Source: Rhina ancylostomus
Lineage: Eukaryota
Direction: 5' to 3'
DNA: 64,000 nucleotides
Assembly (NCBI GenBank): GCA_030265395.1
Contig: JARFYF010000012.1
Location: 21,265,069-21,329,068, forward strand
A program made the translations under genes and the position numbers. Of this stretch, positions 23,901 through 37,004 are shown one piece after another (within the stretch, counting starts at the first letter, position 1; every line of letters begins with the position of its first letter). Under the pieces are notes generated by a model. It saw nothing but the letters and a program-made list of their open reading frames with translations, was not told the DNA's origin and searched no databases.

Positions 23901-26900
23901 CTAACATGAGCTTTGTCCACTAGGACAGTTCAATGTTTCGTGTTTCCCAGGGAAACATGTTCCCTGTTCCAGATTTCCAGCATAGCTTCATTATGTTGTC
24001 TTGCCAAGCAAAGATTATCACTTAGGCACACTCCTGATAAAACTGATATGCCATCACAGCTGTAGACTGCAAGGTCCAGGTGAAATGGTTTTGAGCAATT
24101 GAGCAGCTACCTACACAACAAAAGAAAAATTAGGAACTGCTTTCCCCCCTCCTTTTAATGTAGATACTGTGTACAGTAACTGATAAATCTGGCACCAGCA
24201 TTCAACCTGCTGCACTCTCATGATATGGAAAAACACTCCAATCACAAACTAAATCAACATGTGTTGCAAATATTGATTCATGTCACTATTCTTACATTTT
24301 AGAACTGCTATGTAAACGGTCTCAATTTATGTAACTTTTTAGACTGAACAGTAATTGGGTTAATCTAAGCTGATAAATCTACCTCTGGATAGCAAGCAAT
24401 CTCATGAAGGCAATTTCAATGCTATTTGGTGTTAAACGATCAAATCACTCAAGTTAAAATAGAAAATGGATTAAAACATTCAAAAAGACATGGACAACAC
24501 CAGTGTTACTGGAAATTTATTTTCTATTTTTTCCTCACTTGTCTACTCAAGAGTGTGAATTACAGTAAAGGGAATGAAACAGGACAGAGGATTTTGGACA
24601 GCTGCAAAATTTCAGTCTGTGTATTTTAAACCACTTCAAACAATGCACCACAAATGGTGCTTTTTCACAACATAGGAGCAGAAGACTATGTAGGAAAGCT
24701 AATCAAGTGTGCAATGGCCAGAATAATCCTAATACTGAAACTAAATCAATAGCAGTTACAGGTACACAGACTCAATCACACCAATAATTATTAATTTATT
24801 ACCAATTACTAATTAAAATAAGTAACAACTCCAGAGCACAAGAAAATGTTTTTTTTCCTCATTATTTTGCAGTGATATTCAAATTGTGACTTAAAATTCA
24901 TTTAATACAAGTCCATCAAATGTGGTTCCCTGTAGTGGGAACACAGCACCATTCAAGCACATGGAGCCTTGCTTTCTTAAACATTTACTAAGTAACAGTA
25001 ACGACAGTTAGAGGGAGCTTTATATCTGACTGTGCTGTACCTGACTATGGAATGATTCATGGGTATCCAATGTGGGAAAAGTGTTCCCTTCCTCGCCAAT
25101 GAGATTCCACATCTTGTTGAGCAGAAAATATGCAAGAAGCAAATGAAAGTGCAAAGATCGGGCCTCAAGATTACAGAAAGCAATTCAAACACAGAAATAT
25201 TGACCAAATGCCAAACTTAATCAACAAAACACACTGTGTCAGTGCTGCAAACTCCTAATTAAAATATAAGCTCAACTCGTTTTTTTTAAACCAGCCATTT
25301 TCCTTCATTTAATAATCCAGGAGCATTCCTCTTTGACCAAACCCAGATGCAGCTTGGTCCCCCGCTGGACCTTTTCATACCTACAGCTGGTCGAGTTTTT
25401 AGGAACAAGTCAGGTAATCTGTCTATGTAATTGATAACCTCACATGATGAGACAGGTTGCCCATACAAACTAAACTATTGAAAAGGCAGGCTTACTTATT
25501 TGAATCCAAATCGAACAATGCTGTCGCCTAACTTCAGGTGATGTAATTAATTGTCTTTTATGAACACAAGTACGTATTAGGAAAGATATCAGATAAATTA
25601 TCTCCAAGTGCTTCTGGGAAAAACCTTCAGCACCTTTTCCCATCAGCAGGAGAACACAACTGAGGCCGAACACAAACATAGCTCAGTTACACTGCTTTTG
25701 ACTTAGCTTATAAAAGTAAATTAGAAACTTGTGTCAAATTTTATCCTGGGATTTAAGTCTCAGAGGAGAAGCCCTGTTCTAACACTACAGCAGTTTACTT
25801 AAATCCACCAACCCCCCTCCCCAACTGTGTTTCTTTTGGCCAAAACTTGACTTCTTTTCAGTAATAACCATCAAGCCCAGATATACNNNNNNNNNNTCTG
25901 TGATCAACACTGAAATAAAGCAAACATAGTCAATGGGAGATGAATGCAAGCCATCAAAGGCACTGGTTTCTCTTTTTACAGCTCAGTGATGGTCCCGAAG
26001 TAGGTGAGGCAGGGAGATACCCCATCAACACACTCAATCCTCTCACATCTTAGGCTTCACACCAAGGCAAGGTGACTCAGAGGAACACAAAGTCAAGTCA
26101 ATAAAATACTTTTCTCTCCACCTCAAACTTTTGCTTCTTTTTCCCTTCAGGTTATTTAAAAAGTAGCTATTTTTGCTTGGACTATTTTCTCCCGGCTATT
26201 CACCCTTCAAGATCCTGCTCAAACAAATACCATTTTCCACATGAGCTTTCACAGCACACTCCAGCAGGTTCTTCAAACCCTAGGAAGCTCAATCCTTCCC
26301 GTGTTTGACTCACAAACACCCACGTCACCGGAGAGCAATATGACGAGAACAGAGGCTGATTTTTGTTCTGAACAAGTTATTTGCATGCTGGCTATTGGTT
26401 ATTTTAACACATGGAGCAAAAACAGAACCTAGGACTGTGGCCTATGCAACTCACTGCATAAAGTCACTCAACCAATGGGGATGTGTAAGGGGTTTGCTCT
26501 GTTGCAGGTAAATCAATCCCTGGCCTGTTTGTGGGCAGGGTAAAATGATATAATACCTTCCTAGGCGTTACCTCATTATACCCTTCACTTCTAGAACTTT
26601 ACAATTCAGGATGCTTAACCCTCATTGAGCAGCAGGTCCACAAAAACTTCTTACAACTAATGCTCATTGCAGAATCACAGTGAAGACCAGCTTCAGACTT
26701 CCCTTATCCCTGGGCACAAAGTGAACAGCGAACCAATTCATGGGAGAAGACCAAACACACTGGTGGTATAATGACCTCAGCCTAGCAACCTAACAGAGGA
26801 CCAAAAGCTCATTAGAAATTATCTGCCTTCAATATTCAAGAAAACAGGTTTATTGGAATCTAAAATAAACCACCAGACTGGACTCGTCAGTGATTAGATT

Positions 26901-28689
26901 AGAAGCCCTTTTTTTTCTCTACAGGCCGTTATCAGTATTCTCAACTGGGCAGAAAGCAGATGCTGGAACATTTGCCAATTTCAAAAACAAAGCTCTCAAA
27001 AGCAGCAACATGAATCATTTGCAAACAGCATGGAGGGTAAAAAAACAAATTAATAAAAAGGAAAAAGAAAATGCACTTCTTATCCAAACCAGCTGACTTA
27101 AAGAGTAATCTCTGCGGTAATGTAAATGCAGAGGAGTAAAAGCTTTTGACCCTTAGTAAAATATAAACAACATTAGAGAAATATTAGAACACTGACTTTT
27201 CTCAGTTTCAAGACTAGTTTCAGAAAAATGGCCTTGCCAGCTAATGAATAAGCAGACAGATTATTTTTAAATCAGTCTATCAGGCAATAAGTTTCTGGAA
27301 ACAGTGTGCATGCAGCCAAGGTTGCTCAGATCTCACCAGCTCCTTGTAAACATAAGTCTATGCCCAATCTTAATTTGCTCATCAGTTAGTCCATCTCCAG
27401 AGGAGGAGAGGGAGGCAGTATGCTTAGCCCATGGAAGACAGTTCACAATCAGTTACTTTACTGGTTCCAGTTTGGAACATGTAATATAATTCCTTTAAGT
27501 AGGCTGCAGAATTATTAGAGCAGCAGCACGTACAAGAAAGGAGACCAAAGGGACCGAGGCCCCTGATGTGAAACAATTAGGTTAAGCAGCATTGTATGAA
27601 GTTTACCAATTGACTCTTCATTGTAAAGTGCATGGAATATATACGAGTAAGGTACATGACATTTTGGCCCCTTCAAATTCTAAATATGTGGAACAAATAA
27701 TGATGACTGCTCCTGTCAAATGTCTACTGTAATAACTTAGAACCAGTGGAAATGTGTACGCTAACCAGAGTCCCAGTTTTGACCCTGAAGAGTTTAGGCC
27801 CGGGAAGATCAGCCTTGATCATGAGGCAGGTTTGCAGTGCCAGGTGGTCTATTCCTGCTCATGTTTTCTAGTGTCCATCTGTAGCCCAGCAGAAGCTTTG
27901 GGCCAAGTTCCTACAGCACAGAGTCAACAAAGTCTGGGCCATGACGGAACTGAACCAATGGGATTCAACCATGGTAACACTGAGTCACAATTTGAACAAA
28001 GCAGTATGGACTACAATTTCTATTCTCCTCAAGATTGCAGATTCTGTTTTCTCCCATTAAAATTCTCTAGTGCCCTTTAGGCCTATTAATCCTTCACCAA
28101 GGAATATATAGTTGTAAGTTATTCTGCCTTGGAGCAAAACATGAAACAATTAATTTTGTGAGGAAGCCCTCTGTGTTGCTTCACCATGGAAGCACAGATC
28201 TAGATTTGCTTTTCCAACACTTTATAATCTTCATGTGAATTATCATATCAGGATTGCTGTTTACAGGTAATTGGAATACACCAAACTGCACAAGAATTAT
28301 CCTATTTCCACATTTTAAGAGTATTCATATTTTTCTTGCTTCTTTAAAATTCTTGTTCCCATCAGGCAACAATCTCTGATGCAGAATTTGTCCTCGACAA
28401 TCACTACATTTCTTTCCCAAGAGTCTTTCCCAAAATAATGGTCTTTTATTTCCACCTCCATCTCACCCACTATGGAATTCTGCCCTAACTCCTGGGAGAG
28501 TACCTAAACTGGAAAATGTTGCAAATATTTGGAAAGGGAAAACCATTTAAGGTAAAGAGGTCAAGAGATATGCAACAGGACCTTAGCCCAAATTGTTCAT
28601 CTCTTTTTCCTTCAGCTACAGATCCTAACGGGCCTATATACATTTCCAGTATTTACTTTGTTATAGCTCAGATACCTCTATACTTCCTA

Positions 28690-28995
28690 ACAACATAGGA
28701 GGAGGCTGTGTTGGCCCATCAAGTCTACGCCAGTTTACAGTACAATCTTGTTCCCCACTGAATTTTTCCTGCAACCTATTCTCCACATATTCCCATGAAG
28801 TCCCACTCCACCTATACACTTGGCACAATTTACAATGGCCAATTAACCCAGCCACCTATGTGTCTTTGGGACTGTGGGAACGAACCAGAGCACCCAAGGG
28901 AAACCACACAATCACAGGAGAACATGCAAACTCCACACAGACAGCACTGGAGGTCAGGACTGAATCCAGATCACTGGAGCTGCACCAGTGTGTGC
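28690..28995 (-). mobile_element. V-SINE (HE1-like), near full length
   Basis: tgtctttgggactgtgggaacgaaccagagcacccaagggaaaccacacaatcacaggagaacatgcaaactccacacagacagcactggaggtcaggactgaatcc. Confidence 0.85.
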
Positions 28996-29204
28996 CACAT
29001 TTGCAATTTTGTTTCCTTTACCTCATGTCTGCCCTTCAGAGTTGTTCCGTGATAATAGATTTTTAATTTTGTACCGTAACCTTTCCACTGTGAGCAGGTC
29101 CAGTTCCCGCACATAACACTGCCATGCCACAATACCAGAGTCAAGATCTTGACAGTTGCAGAAGTTACTGGAAAATCTGCCATTGATTTTCCCTGGAATA
29201 TATT

Positions 29205-29330
29205 CCTTCTGATGAAAGGTGCCAGGCTAGAAACGTTAATTATTTGTCTTCCACAGATGCCACCTGACCTGCTGAGTGTTTCCAGCACTTTCTGCTTGTG
29301 TTTCGGATTTCCAGCATCTGCAGTTGTTTG
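29205..29330 (+). mobile_element. Penelope-derived terminal repeat with hammerhead-like core
   Basis: CTGATGA (29209-29215)...GAAACGTTA (29230-29238), then cagatgccacctgacctgctgagtgtttccagcac..ttccagcatctgcag. Confidence 0.75.
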
Positions 29331-31309
29331 ATCTTCACTTACTGGTGTACATGTTGAGAAACTTTTACCCTGTGCAGCACAAACTGACTGAAATTTCCAA
29401 TGCGGGCAGACAGATGGCTAGGATAGGGCACCAAATCTTTAATTCTATCCATAGTAATTATATTTTAATGACTCTTACGATCAACAGTGCCGAGAAATTA
29501 ATTTTGATGTCCAAAATTTTTTCAGGATTTATGGCTGCAGCTTAGAAAATCTGCTAACAAATCTCAATATGGCTGTTATCTATTTGTGGGGCTCATTTCT
29601 CATCAATGTTTTATTACTTGGCATTTTAATGTGTTCTCTAATTAACTTTAGCAGCAATATAATTTGCATTAAGGCAATCTAGATTTATATATAAAAGAAG
29701 AATTGTTGTTTTACTTCTGGTAAATTATAGAAATACCATTCTAGATTATCTATCTGTAATGGTATTTCTTCAATTTATCCATTTAGTCTATACACCAGGT
29801 CATAACAAATTTGGATCAACAATTAGGCACTTATTAGAAGCAGCCAATTAAATGCCTCATTTCTATGAATAAGTAAACTCCTTGTAGAAAGATGTAGGTT
29901 TAGGATTTTCCACTTCCAGCTATTTCATGTATTTTAATGTTAGTTTTATTGCCATGAACTAATTTGAAGGAATTTTCTTTAAAAAAACTTGTTATAACCA
30001 GTACCAACAATGACAGTAGCTAGCATACCAACAGGCATCCATCATGATCTGTCTAAAATATTGACTGTGAAGTGAGTAATCATCACAATCTTAAGATAAT
30101 AGCATCTACTTAAAAGGCTACACAATGTAAAATTGCCTCCAAAAGATGGAAGGTCATTGTAATGTTAACTCTGTTCTCTCCTCACAGATGCTACCTGACC
30201 TAATGATTACTCCCAGCATTTTCTGTTTTTATTTAAAATTGCCTTCAATTGAGTGCTATCATGAGCAATTCAACTGCTTGCTCTCCATCTGGTATGAACA
30301 TGCTGAAAAGGCTTTTGCCTTTGTTGGAAAGGCCATAATTATTAAAATGTTCTTGACAAACCTCTCGTTGTTAGGGAGGCACAAGGGCCAATCAACTTTC
30401 CATCAGAGATTTCACACATAAGAGGCACAGTGAAGTGCTGCAACACTTCCTGCAGAGTCCCAGATTGTATTTCACCACCAGCTCCCGATAAAACTGATTA
30501 ACATCAAATTGGACTGATTCTGGTGAAGAAGGGATTGGAATGGTAAGAATTATTCAAAAATTTCCCCACCTCCCAGATTCCTGTTGACCTGCAGGGGAAG
30601 AAATATACCAAATTAATATTAGTGAATATACCTTTCTTGGAAAAGATATGGACAGGCCTGTGAATTGTGTTCCTTGCATTTTGAGGTCAGGTAGTTACTT
30701 TCATTGTGTAGCAGTGCCCAACATAGGAGCTAATCCAGTCCAGCACATACAAGAGCTGCTGTCGAAATGGAATTCATGAAACTGTCCAAGAACTTCAGAA
30801 GGGGAATAATTTATCATTGGAAGGATTATCAAATTTTACGAACAATACAACTGAATCCTGCACATAATAGTTGATATTTTACAAATTCCTTTTTTTCTGC
30901 TATTCAACTGACTTTTTTGAAAAGTGCTTTTATCCCACACTTTCACAACATAAACATGGCATAAAGCAGGCATTATTTGTCTATCATTGCTCATAAAGTC
31001 CACATTGCCAATGTACAGTGTGTCACTACAGTTCCCAACTGGCACTCACCAGCCAGAAATTGCTATTCATACTGACCTTGAGACAATTCCAACATTATGA
31101 CATATAAATAGCTGAAAACACTGCCTGAATGCCATTCAGCTTGCCTAGGAATGCCAAAATGATTTTGTTCTTGTATCCCCAGCCAAGATCATAATTCTAT
31201 TATGAATCCTGGAAGACTGCCAAACCAAAAGCACTGATATCAGAATCCCACATACAGCAATATGCAGAATTTGCACAGCATTATTGTTGAGTTTTGTACA
31301 GTTACTGTG

Positions 31310-31545
31310 GGGAGCACAGTGGAACCGCAGGTGATGCAGAGGTCTCATAGCTCCAGCAGCTCAGGGTAAAATCCCGACATCAGGTGCTGTCTGCGTGGAG
31401 TTTGAACATTCTCCTGGTGATACTGAGGGTTTCCCCCTAGTTGCTTCACCGTCTTCCCATGTCCCAAATAGGTGTCGGTTGATGGGTTAATTGTCCACTG
31501 TACAGGTGTTGAGTGGTAGGAGAATTGGGTGTGTGTTAGGGCCAG
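31310..31545 (+). mobile_element. V-SINE (HE1-like) 5' part
   Basis: catagctccagcagctcagggtaaaatcccgacatcaggtgctgtctgcgtggagtttgaacattctcc (tRNA-like head plus V-domain). Confidence 0.75.
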
Positions 31546-31549
31546 AGTT

Positions 31550-32105
31550 ACTGAGTCATATTGCACAGAAATGGGCCCTTCAGCCCTTCATGCTCATGCC
31601 AACCACTGAATTCCCATCTATATTAATCCCAGGTTCCAGTATTTGGCCCATGGCCTTCTGCACCTTGGAGATTCAAGTGCTTGTCCAGATACCTCTTAAA
31701 TTTTGAGAGAGTCTCTGCCTCCCCCACCCCCTCAGGTGGTTCCAGAATCCAAGCCCACTCTCTGGGTAAATAAGTTGCCCCTCATATCCTCTCCAAATCT
31801 CCAAGCTTTCCTTAAACTGATCCCCTCTGGTTTTATATCCTTCTGTAATGGGAAAAAGTTTCTTATTTTCTACCTTATCCATGCACCTCAATATCTTGTG
31901 CATCTCAATCAGATCCACCTCCACCATCTCCCCCCACCCCAGCCTCCTTCCCTCCAACAAAGACAAACCCAGCTCAGCTACTCTGTTATAAATGACATTC
32001 TCCATCCTGGTGACACTCCTTTGCCTCCTCTCTGATGCAATCATGTTCTTCCCGTAAATGTGGCAACTAGAACTGTACCCAGTACTCTGGCTATTGTCTA
32101 AGCAC
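31550..32105 (-). mobile_element. 5'-truncated CR1 LINE 3' end
   Basis: Minus ORF ...VTRMENVIYNRVAELGLSLLEGRRL..DLIEMHKILRCMDKVENKKLFPITEGYKTRG is the CR1 ORF2 C-terminus; the 3' tail ends at 31550. Confidence 0.85.
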
Positions 32106-32574
32106 CAATGCATAGAAGGCTACAGGCCAAGTGCTGAAAAGTTAGATTAGCATAGATGGTTACATAATGGTCAGAGTGGACATGGTGGGCCAAAGACTGT
32201 TTCAGTGGGGTGAAGGTTGATTATGTCATATCCTACGGTCTGCTCACTTGCTTTCAAATCACCATGACAGCAGTGGATCTTGCTGAGGAGGTTTCAGACA
32301 GACCTGTGTATGGCAAACATACACCACTGGGGTCCACGTGACAGAAATTCATCCAACAACCACACCCTAGCTGTGGTAAAACATCAACCCTGTGGCCTAT
32401 TGATGATGATTGCCCACTTATTAAGTTCAGTGCTGAACAAAAAAGTGTACCCACTGAGGATGCTTTCTCAATTTGGCAAACTGAATGACCCTTCACCAAG
32501 TGACACATGTTGCAAACAAAAATGGCTGAGGACAGGGTCCAAAACACTGATCACATTATTAAGTGTAAAGTAGA

Positions 32575-32653
32575 GAAACAAAGGACTGCAGATGCTGGTA
32601 TCTAGATGAAAAACACGATGATGCTGGAGGAACTCAGCAGGCCAGGCAGCATC
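32575..32653 (-). mobile_element. Young-looking Penelope-derived repeat end abutting a gap
   Basis: aaacaaaggactgcagatgctggtatctagatgaaaaacacgatgatgctggaggaactcagcaggccaggcagcatc. Confidence 0.75.
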
Positions 32654-34169
32654 NNNNNNNNNNNNNNNNNNNNNNNNNNNNNNNNNNNNNNNNNNNNNNN
32701 NNNNNNNNNNNNNNNNNNNNNNNNNNNNNNNNNNNNNNNNNNNNNNNNNNNNNNNNNNNNNNNNNNNNNNNNNNNNNNNNNNNNNNNNNNNNNNNNNNNN
32801 NNNNNNNNNNNNNNNNNNNNNNNNNNNNNNNNNNNNNNNNNNNNNNNNNNNNNNNNNNNNNNNNNNNNNNNNNNNNNNNNNNNNNNNNNNNNNNNNNNNN
32901 NNNNNNNNNNNNNNNNNNNNNNNNNNNNNNNNNNNNNNNNNNNNNNNNNNNNNNNNNNNNNNNNNNNNNNNNNNNNNNNNNNNNNNNNNNNNNNNNNNNN
33001 NNNNNNNNNNNNNNNNNNNNNNNNNNNNNNNNNNNNNNNNNNNNNNNNNNNNNNNNNTCCCCCCCCCCCCCGCCATCATCCATTTTGCCAACAATCATCT
33101 AAAGTCGTCTAACACATGGTTATGGATACATACCTGCATGTTCCCTCTAAAGGTCAGAAACTTTAAAAATGGCCACACATGCTCCTGAGTAGCACCCCTT
33201 TTTCAAGACTGTTTGGGATGCACCATGTGCAAACTGTTGGTGCCTTTGAATCTGGGTGGAGCAATGGTGAATAAAAATTAAAGCCTTAACAATGCATGAA
33301 GATAACCGATAAATTGGATATTTTAAGATTTCATTAATAGCAAAGAGTAAAGCAAAGCAAGGCAAATTTATGAAACAAACCTGTACTAGTAGGTTTGGTG
33401 GAAGTAAACTGTTGTATCCAGGCTGAGAGAGGATGCTGCTTTAAGAAGAATCAGGTTAGTGAGTTTCTGAATTTGGCTCATAGCAACTTAATTTTTCCTT
33501 TTAAACTAGTTCAAAAAGAAAAATTCACATGCTGGCAGACTCTCAGTCTCCCACAGTTTTAAATATTGCAAAGTGTCTGGATTCATCATGAAGCTGACCC
33601 CAGCATACATGTTCAGCGATAGAATGACATCAACATGTTCTATTTATTAATGCAATAAAATGTCTTATATAACAAATTAAATAAACATGTGACCTTGCTT
33701 AACAAAAAGCTCAGGAGGAGTAGGTTGATTGCATAATCTGCCTCATACAAACCAGAAATCACTAGGTCCATGTGAGGTCAAATCAGTATTTTGCTAACAT
33801 TTTTGCCAACATTTTTGCCAAATCAAACCTCCACGATTCCAGAGAGAATAAAACATCTACGTATACTTCATCATATGGAGTGACACATTTTGTAAAATAA
33901 TTCAATGCATCCAGTGACATGCAATGTAAAATATACTCACAACAAACATCACACAATGTAAAATATGGTTCATCAAGCTCAGCATTAATGTGCAAGAAAT
34001 AATTCACAGCATCCAGCATCATGCTATCTAACATACAATTCATAACCTATGGGGTCAGTAGACTGGTGAAGAGTTGGGATATGTGTCTTATATGCCTCAG
34101 TCAAAGAAGGCAAGAGCAGGGTGGTCATACTGGAATTGTACAAACTAGTAGTTAGCCCACAGCTAAAAT

Positions 34170-35590
34170 ACGATGTACTGTTCTGGTCATTCTGTGGGAG
34201 GATGACCATCCTTGACATCAAAGCAGCATTTGACTGAGTGTGCCATCGAGGAGCCTTAGCATACTTGATGTCCATTAGAACCAGAAAGTAAAGCCTTCAC
34301 CGGCTGGTGTCCTACCTTGCAGACAGAAAGATGGCAGTTGTTGGACGACAATCAGCATAGGCACATTGGAGTGGCACCATGGCACAGCTTGTAAAGCTGC
34401 AACTTCACAATTCCAGCAATCGGGGTTCGATCCCGACTTCTGATGCTGTCTGTGTGGAGTTTGCACGTTTTCCCTCTGATGCTGTGGGCTTCCCCAGATG
34501 CTCCAGTTTCCTTTCACATCCCAAAGACGTGCAGATTGAGAGGTCAATTGGCAACTGTACACTGTCCCATGTGAATAGAATCTGGGGGCTTGATGTGGAT
34601 ACAAGTAGAGTAGGTTACAGGGAAGATCAGTGGGGAAAGGGATTATTCTGTGAGGTGGCCTCTTAAGGAACAGATGGAAATCATCTCAGCCCCAGGACAA
34701 TGCTGCAGGATTTCCTCAGAACACTGCCACAGGTCTAACCATCAATGACATTCCCTATATTGTGAAATCTCAAGTGACACACTATTCAATTCCATCTGCA
34801 TCTCATCTGATAATAAAGCAGCCCGTGCACGCCCACAGCAAGATTGGACAACATTCAGGCTCATGATGTTGTGGCGAGTAGCAAATGTGCCACACCAGTG
34901 CCATGCAATGGGCAGCACCAACAAAAAGTACAACCATCTTCCTTTGGCATCCAATGACATTACCATCATCAAATCCCCCACCCACCACTGAAATTCTGAG
35001 GTGACGCAGCAGGGCAGGATCACTGATCAAAAACTTAACTGCATCAGCCATATAACTACCGTGGCTGCAAGAGTTGAACAAAGATTAGGTATTCCCAGAG
35101 ACTTATCTGCCTTTCTGCAGTCTAGAATGCCCAACTCAGGGGTAAGATGGAATATTCTTCAGTTGCCTGGGTGCAGTTCCAACAACTACAAGAAGCTTGA
35201 CACAATCCATTAACTAGCAGCCTGTTCAATCAATACCACGTCCACTGTCTTCAGGATTTACATACACAAGATGCACAGTGGAACCCAGCCATGATTTTTT
35301 TCTACCGTGTTTGCCAAACTTGGCAGACTACCAGTAGAAGAATGAGGGTAGCATGCACAAAACTCCATAATCACTAAGTCGCACTCTATCCTGACTTCAA
35401 AACGTATTGCCAACCCCTCCAATATTACTGAGTCAGTTTTCTGGCACTCACCCCCTAAAAGCACAATGGAAGTACTTTTGCCACACAAACTGCAATTATT
35501 CAAGAAGGTGGCTCACTAGCAAATTCTCAAGAACAATTAGGAATGGGCAATAAGTGCTGTCTTTATCAGCAATACCCACATCTAGCACAC
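34170..35590 (+). mobile_element. Second LINE family RT to 3' end, interrupted by a V-SINE
   Basis: cttgacatcaaagcagcatttgac (LDIKAAFD), ttcctcag (PQ), aatgac; tail ttcaagaaggtggctcac..caattaggaatgggcaataagtgctg. Confidence 0.8.
34355..34678 (+). mobile_element. V-SINE (HE1-like) inserted in the LINE
   Basis: B-box ggttcgatccc, V-domain tgtgtggagtttgcacgtt...tttcacatcccaaagacgtgc; flanked by a duplicated aatca. Confidence 0.85.
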
Positions 35591-35924
35591 AAATACAACT
35601 ACATATTACACACATATTGTAATTAAGTTCATTACCCTATGTGAAATATAGTTGGTGACATTCTTGGCACATAGTGAAAAGTTTGTGTATTTAAGTCCCA
35701 CTTTAATGATGCTAGCAGAACAATCTGGGGTCATTCCTTCATCAACATTGGCTCCAAAACCTGGGAATCTCTGTCCAACACCATTGTGACACTACATTAA
35801 CCAGAAAGACTGCAGTAGTTCAAGGTGGTGGCTCACCATCAAGGGTAACAAGGTTATGGGCAGCAAATCATGGCCTTCCCAGTGAGGGCAACATTAAATG
35901 AATAAATTTTAAATACAACGATCC

Positions 35925-36248
35925 AGGAGGTGCTGCACCATTGGAGGTCTGGTTCTACCCATGAAAGATTAAACCAAAGTCCCAATTACTCTGTCAAGTG
36001 AATGCAAAGGATTGCATGTCACTAATTCAAAGAACATGAATTATCTTCCACATCTTGACCAACATTTATTCCTCAGGAAACATCCCAAAACAGATGACTG
36101 GTCATTATCACGTTGCTGCGGACACACTGATGTGGCTCCTGCATTACAATAGCAAATGCACTGCAAATATACTTTATTAGCAGAAGAGTACTGTGGAATA
36201 TCCCGAAAAGGATGCCACAAGGTACCTTGCAAACATACATTTCTTTCT
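35925..36248 (+). mobile_element. DeuSINE (SacSINE1-like) body, decayed
   Basis: gtgctgcaccattggaggt..ttaaaccaaagtccc..acatttattcctca..aacagatgactggtcattatcacgttgctg..cctgcattacaatag. Confidence 0.7.
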
Positions 36249-37004
36249 ATAATTCATGGCTGTTTGCAAGGTGTAGATCATCACTATTATAATTAGTGAA
36301 GACGTGCAAAAGTGCTGGTTCACCCATCATTTTCCTATCAAAAATAATTAAAATATTCTTTTTTTTCTGGACAAATAATGTAAAAATCAGCTTTATCCAT
36401 GTTAAGCTATACATGGCCTGGGTGTTGGGCAGTTGCCCACCTTACAGCCATGGTGCTTTGAACTCTTACTTCTCCAGCATGCTACCTTCAAGAGAGTCGC
36501 AGGTCTCCAATCACTGGAGTGAAGAAAAGGATCCGAGAGATGTAATAAAACTGTCCTGTTTATGATCCTCATCTGTGATGGGAAAAGTCAATCATATCAG
36601 TTCACTGTCATTGTGAAATATTATTGTGGCTTTCTACAGCAGCATGCTGTGCTGATGTGCGTGACAGTAAAGAGCCTTGTACTCCAACCCTGTCACTTGC
36701 TTCGTGGTTTCTGTTAAAAGGGATTTCAGAGAAAATCTATGTTGTAGAAATCATTAGAGTGCAAAATCTGGTCAATACTTGACAGCAGCAAATAGGAGAT
36801 TATGGCAGCTGTTAAAACAGGTAGCAAATTCAAAGGTCAAAAGTACTGCAAAATCTGGAGAAAGAAAGATTAGTTAGAGATGATGATGGTGGCAAGAACT
36901 ATATCTAAGACAATCCTGGGAATTTTAATCCCTTTTGTTAAGATGACTGTTCAGTACCAATGAGGTTTGAATAAAAACCCTCAGCTATACAAAATTTAGG
37001 TTAA

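Noticed and set aside
23905-24120. Weak resemblance to LF-SINE (tgtccactagga; ccatc..gctgt..gtgaaatg)
   Set aside because: The matches are short, in inconsistent orientation and adjacent to a LINE fragment; unsupported without an alignment.
34380-34445. tRNA-like A/B boxes, also at 10526, 31330 and 54329
   Set aside because: These are SINE heads continuing into V or Deu domains; no complete cloverleaf, so not tRNA genes.
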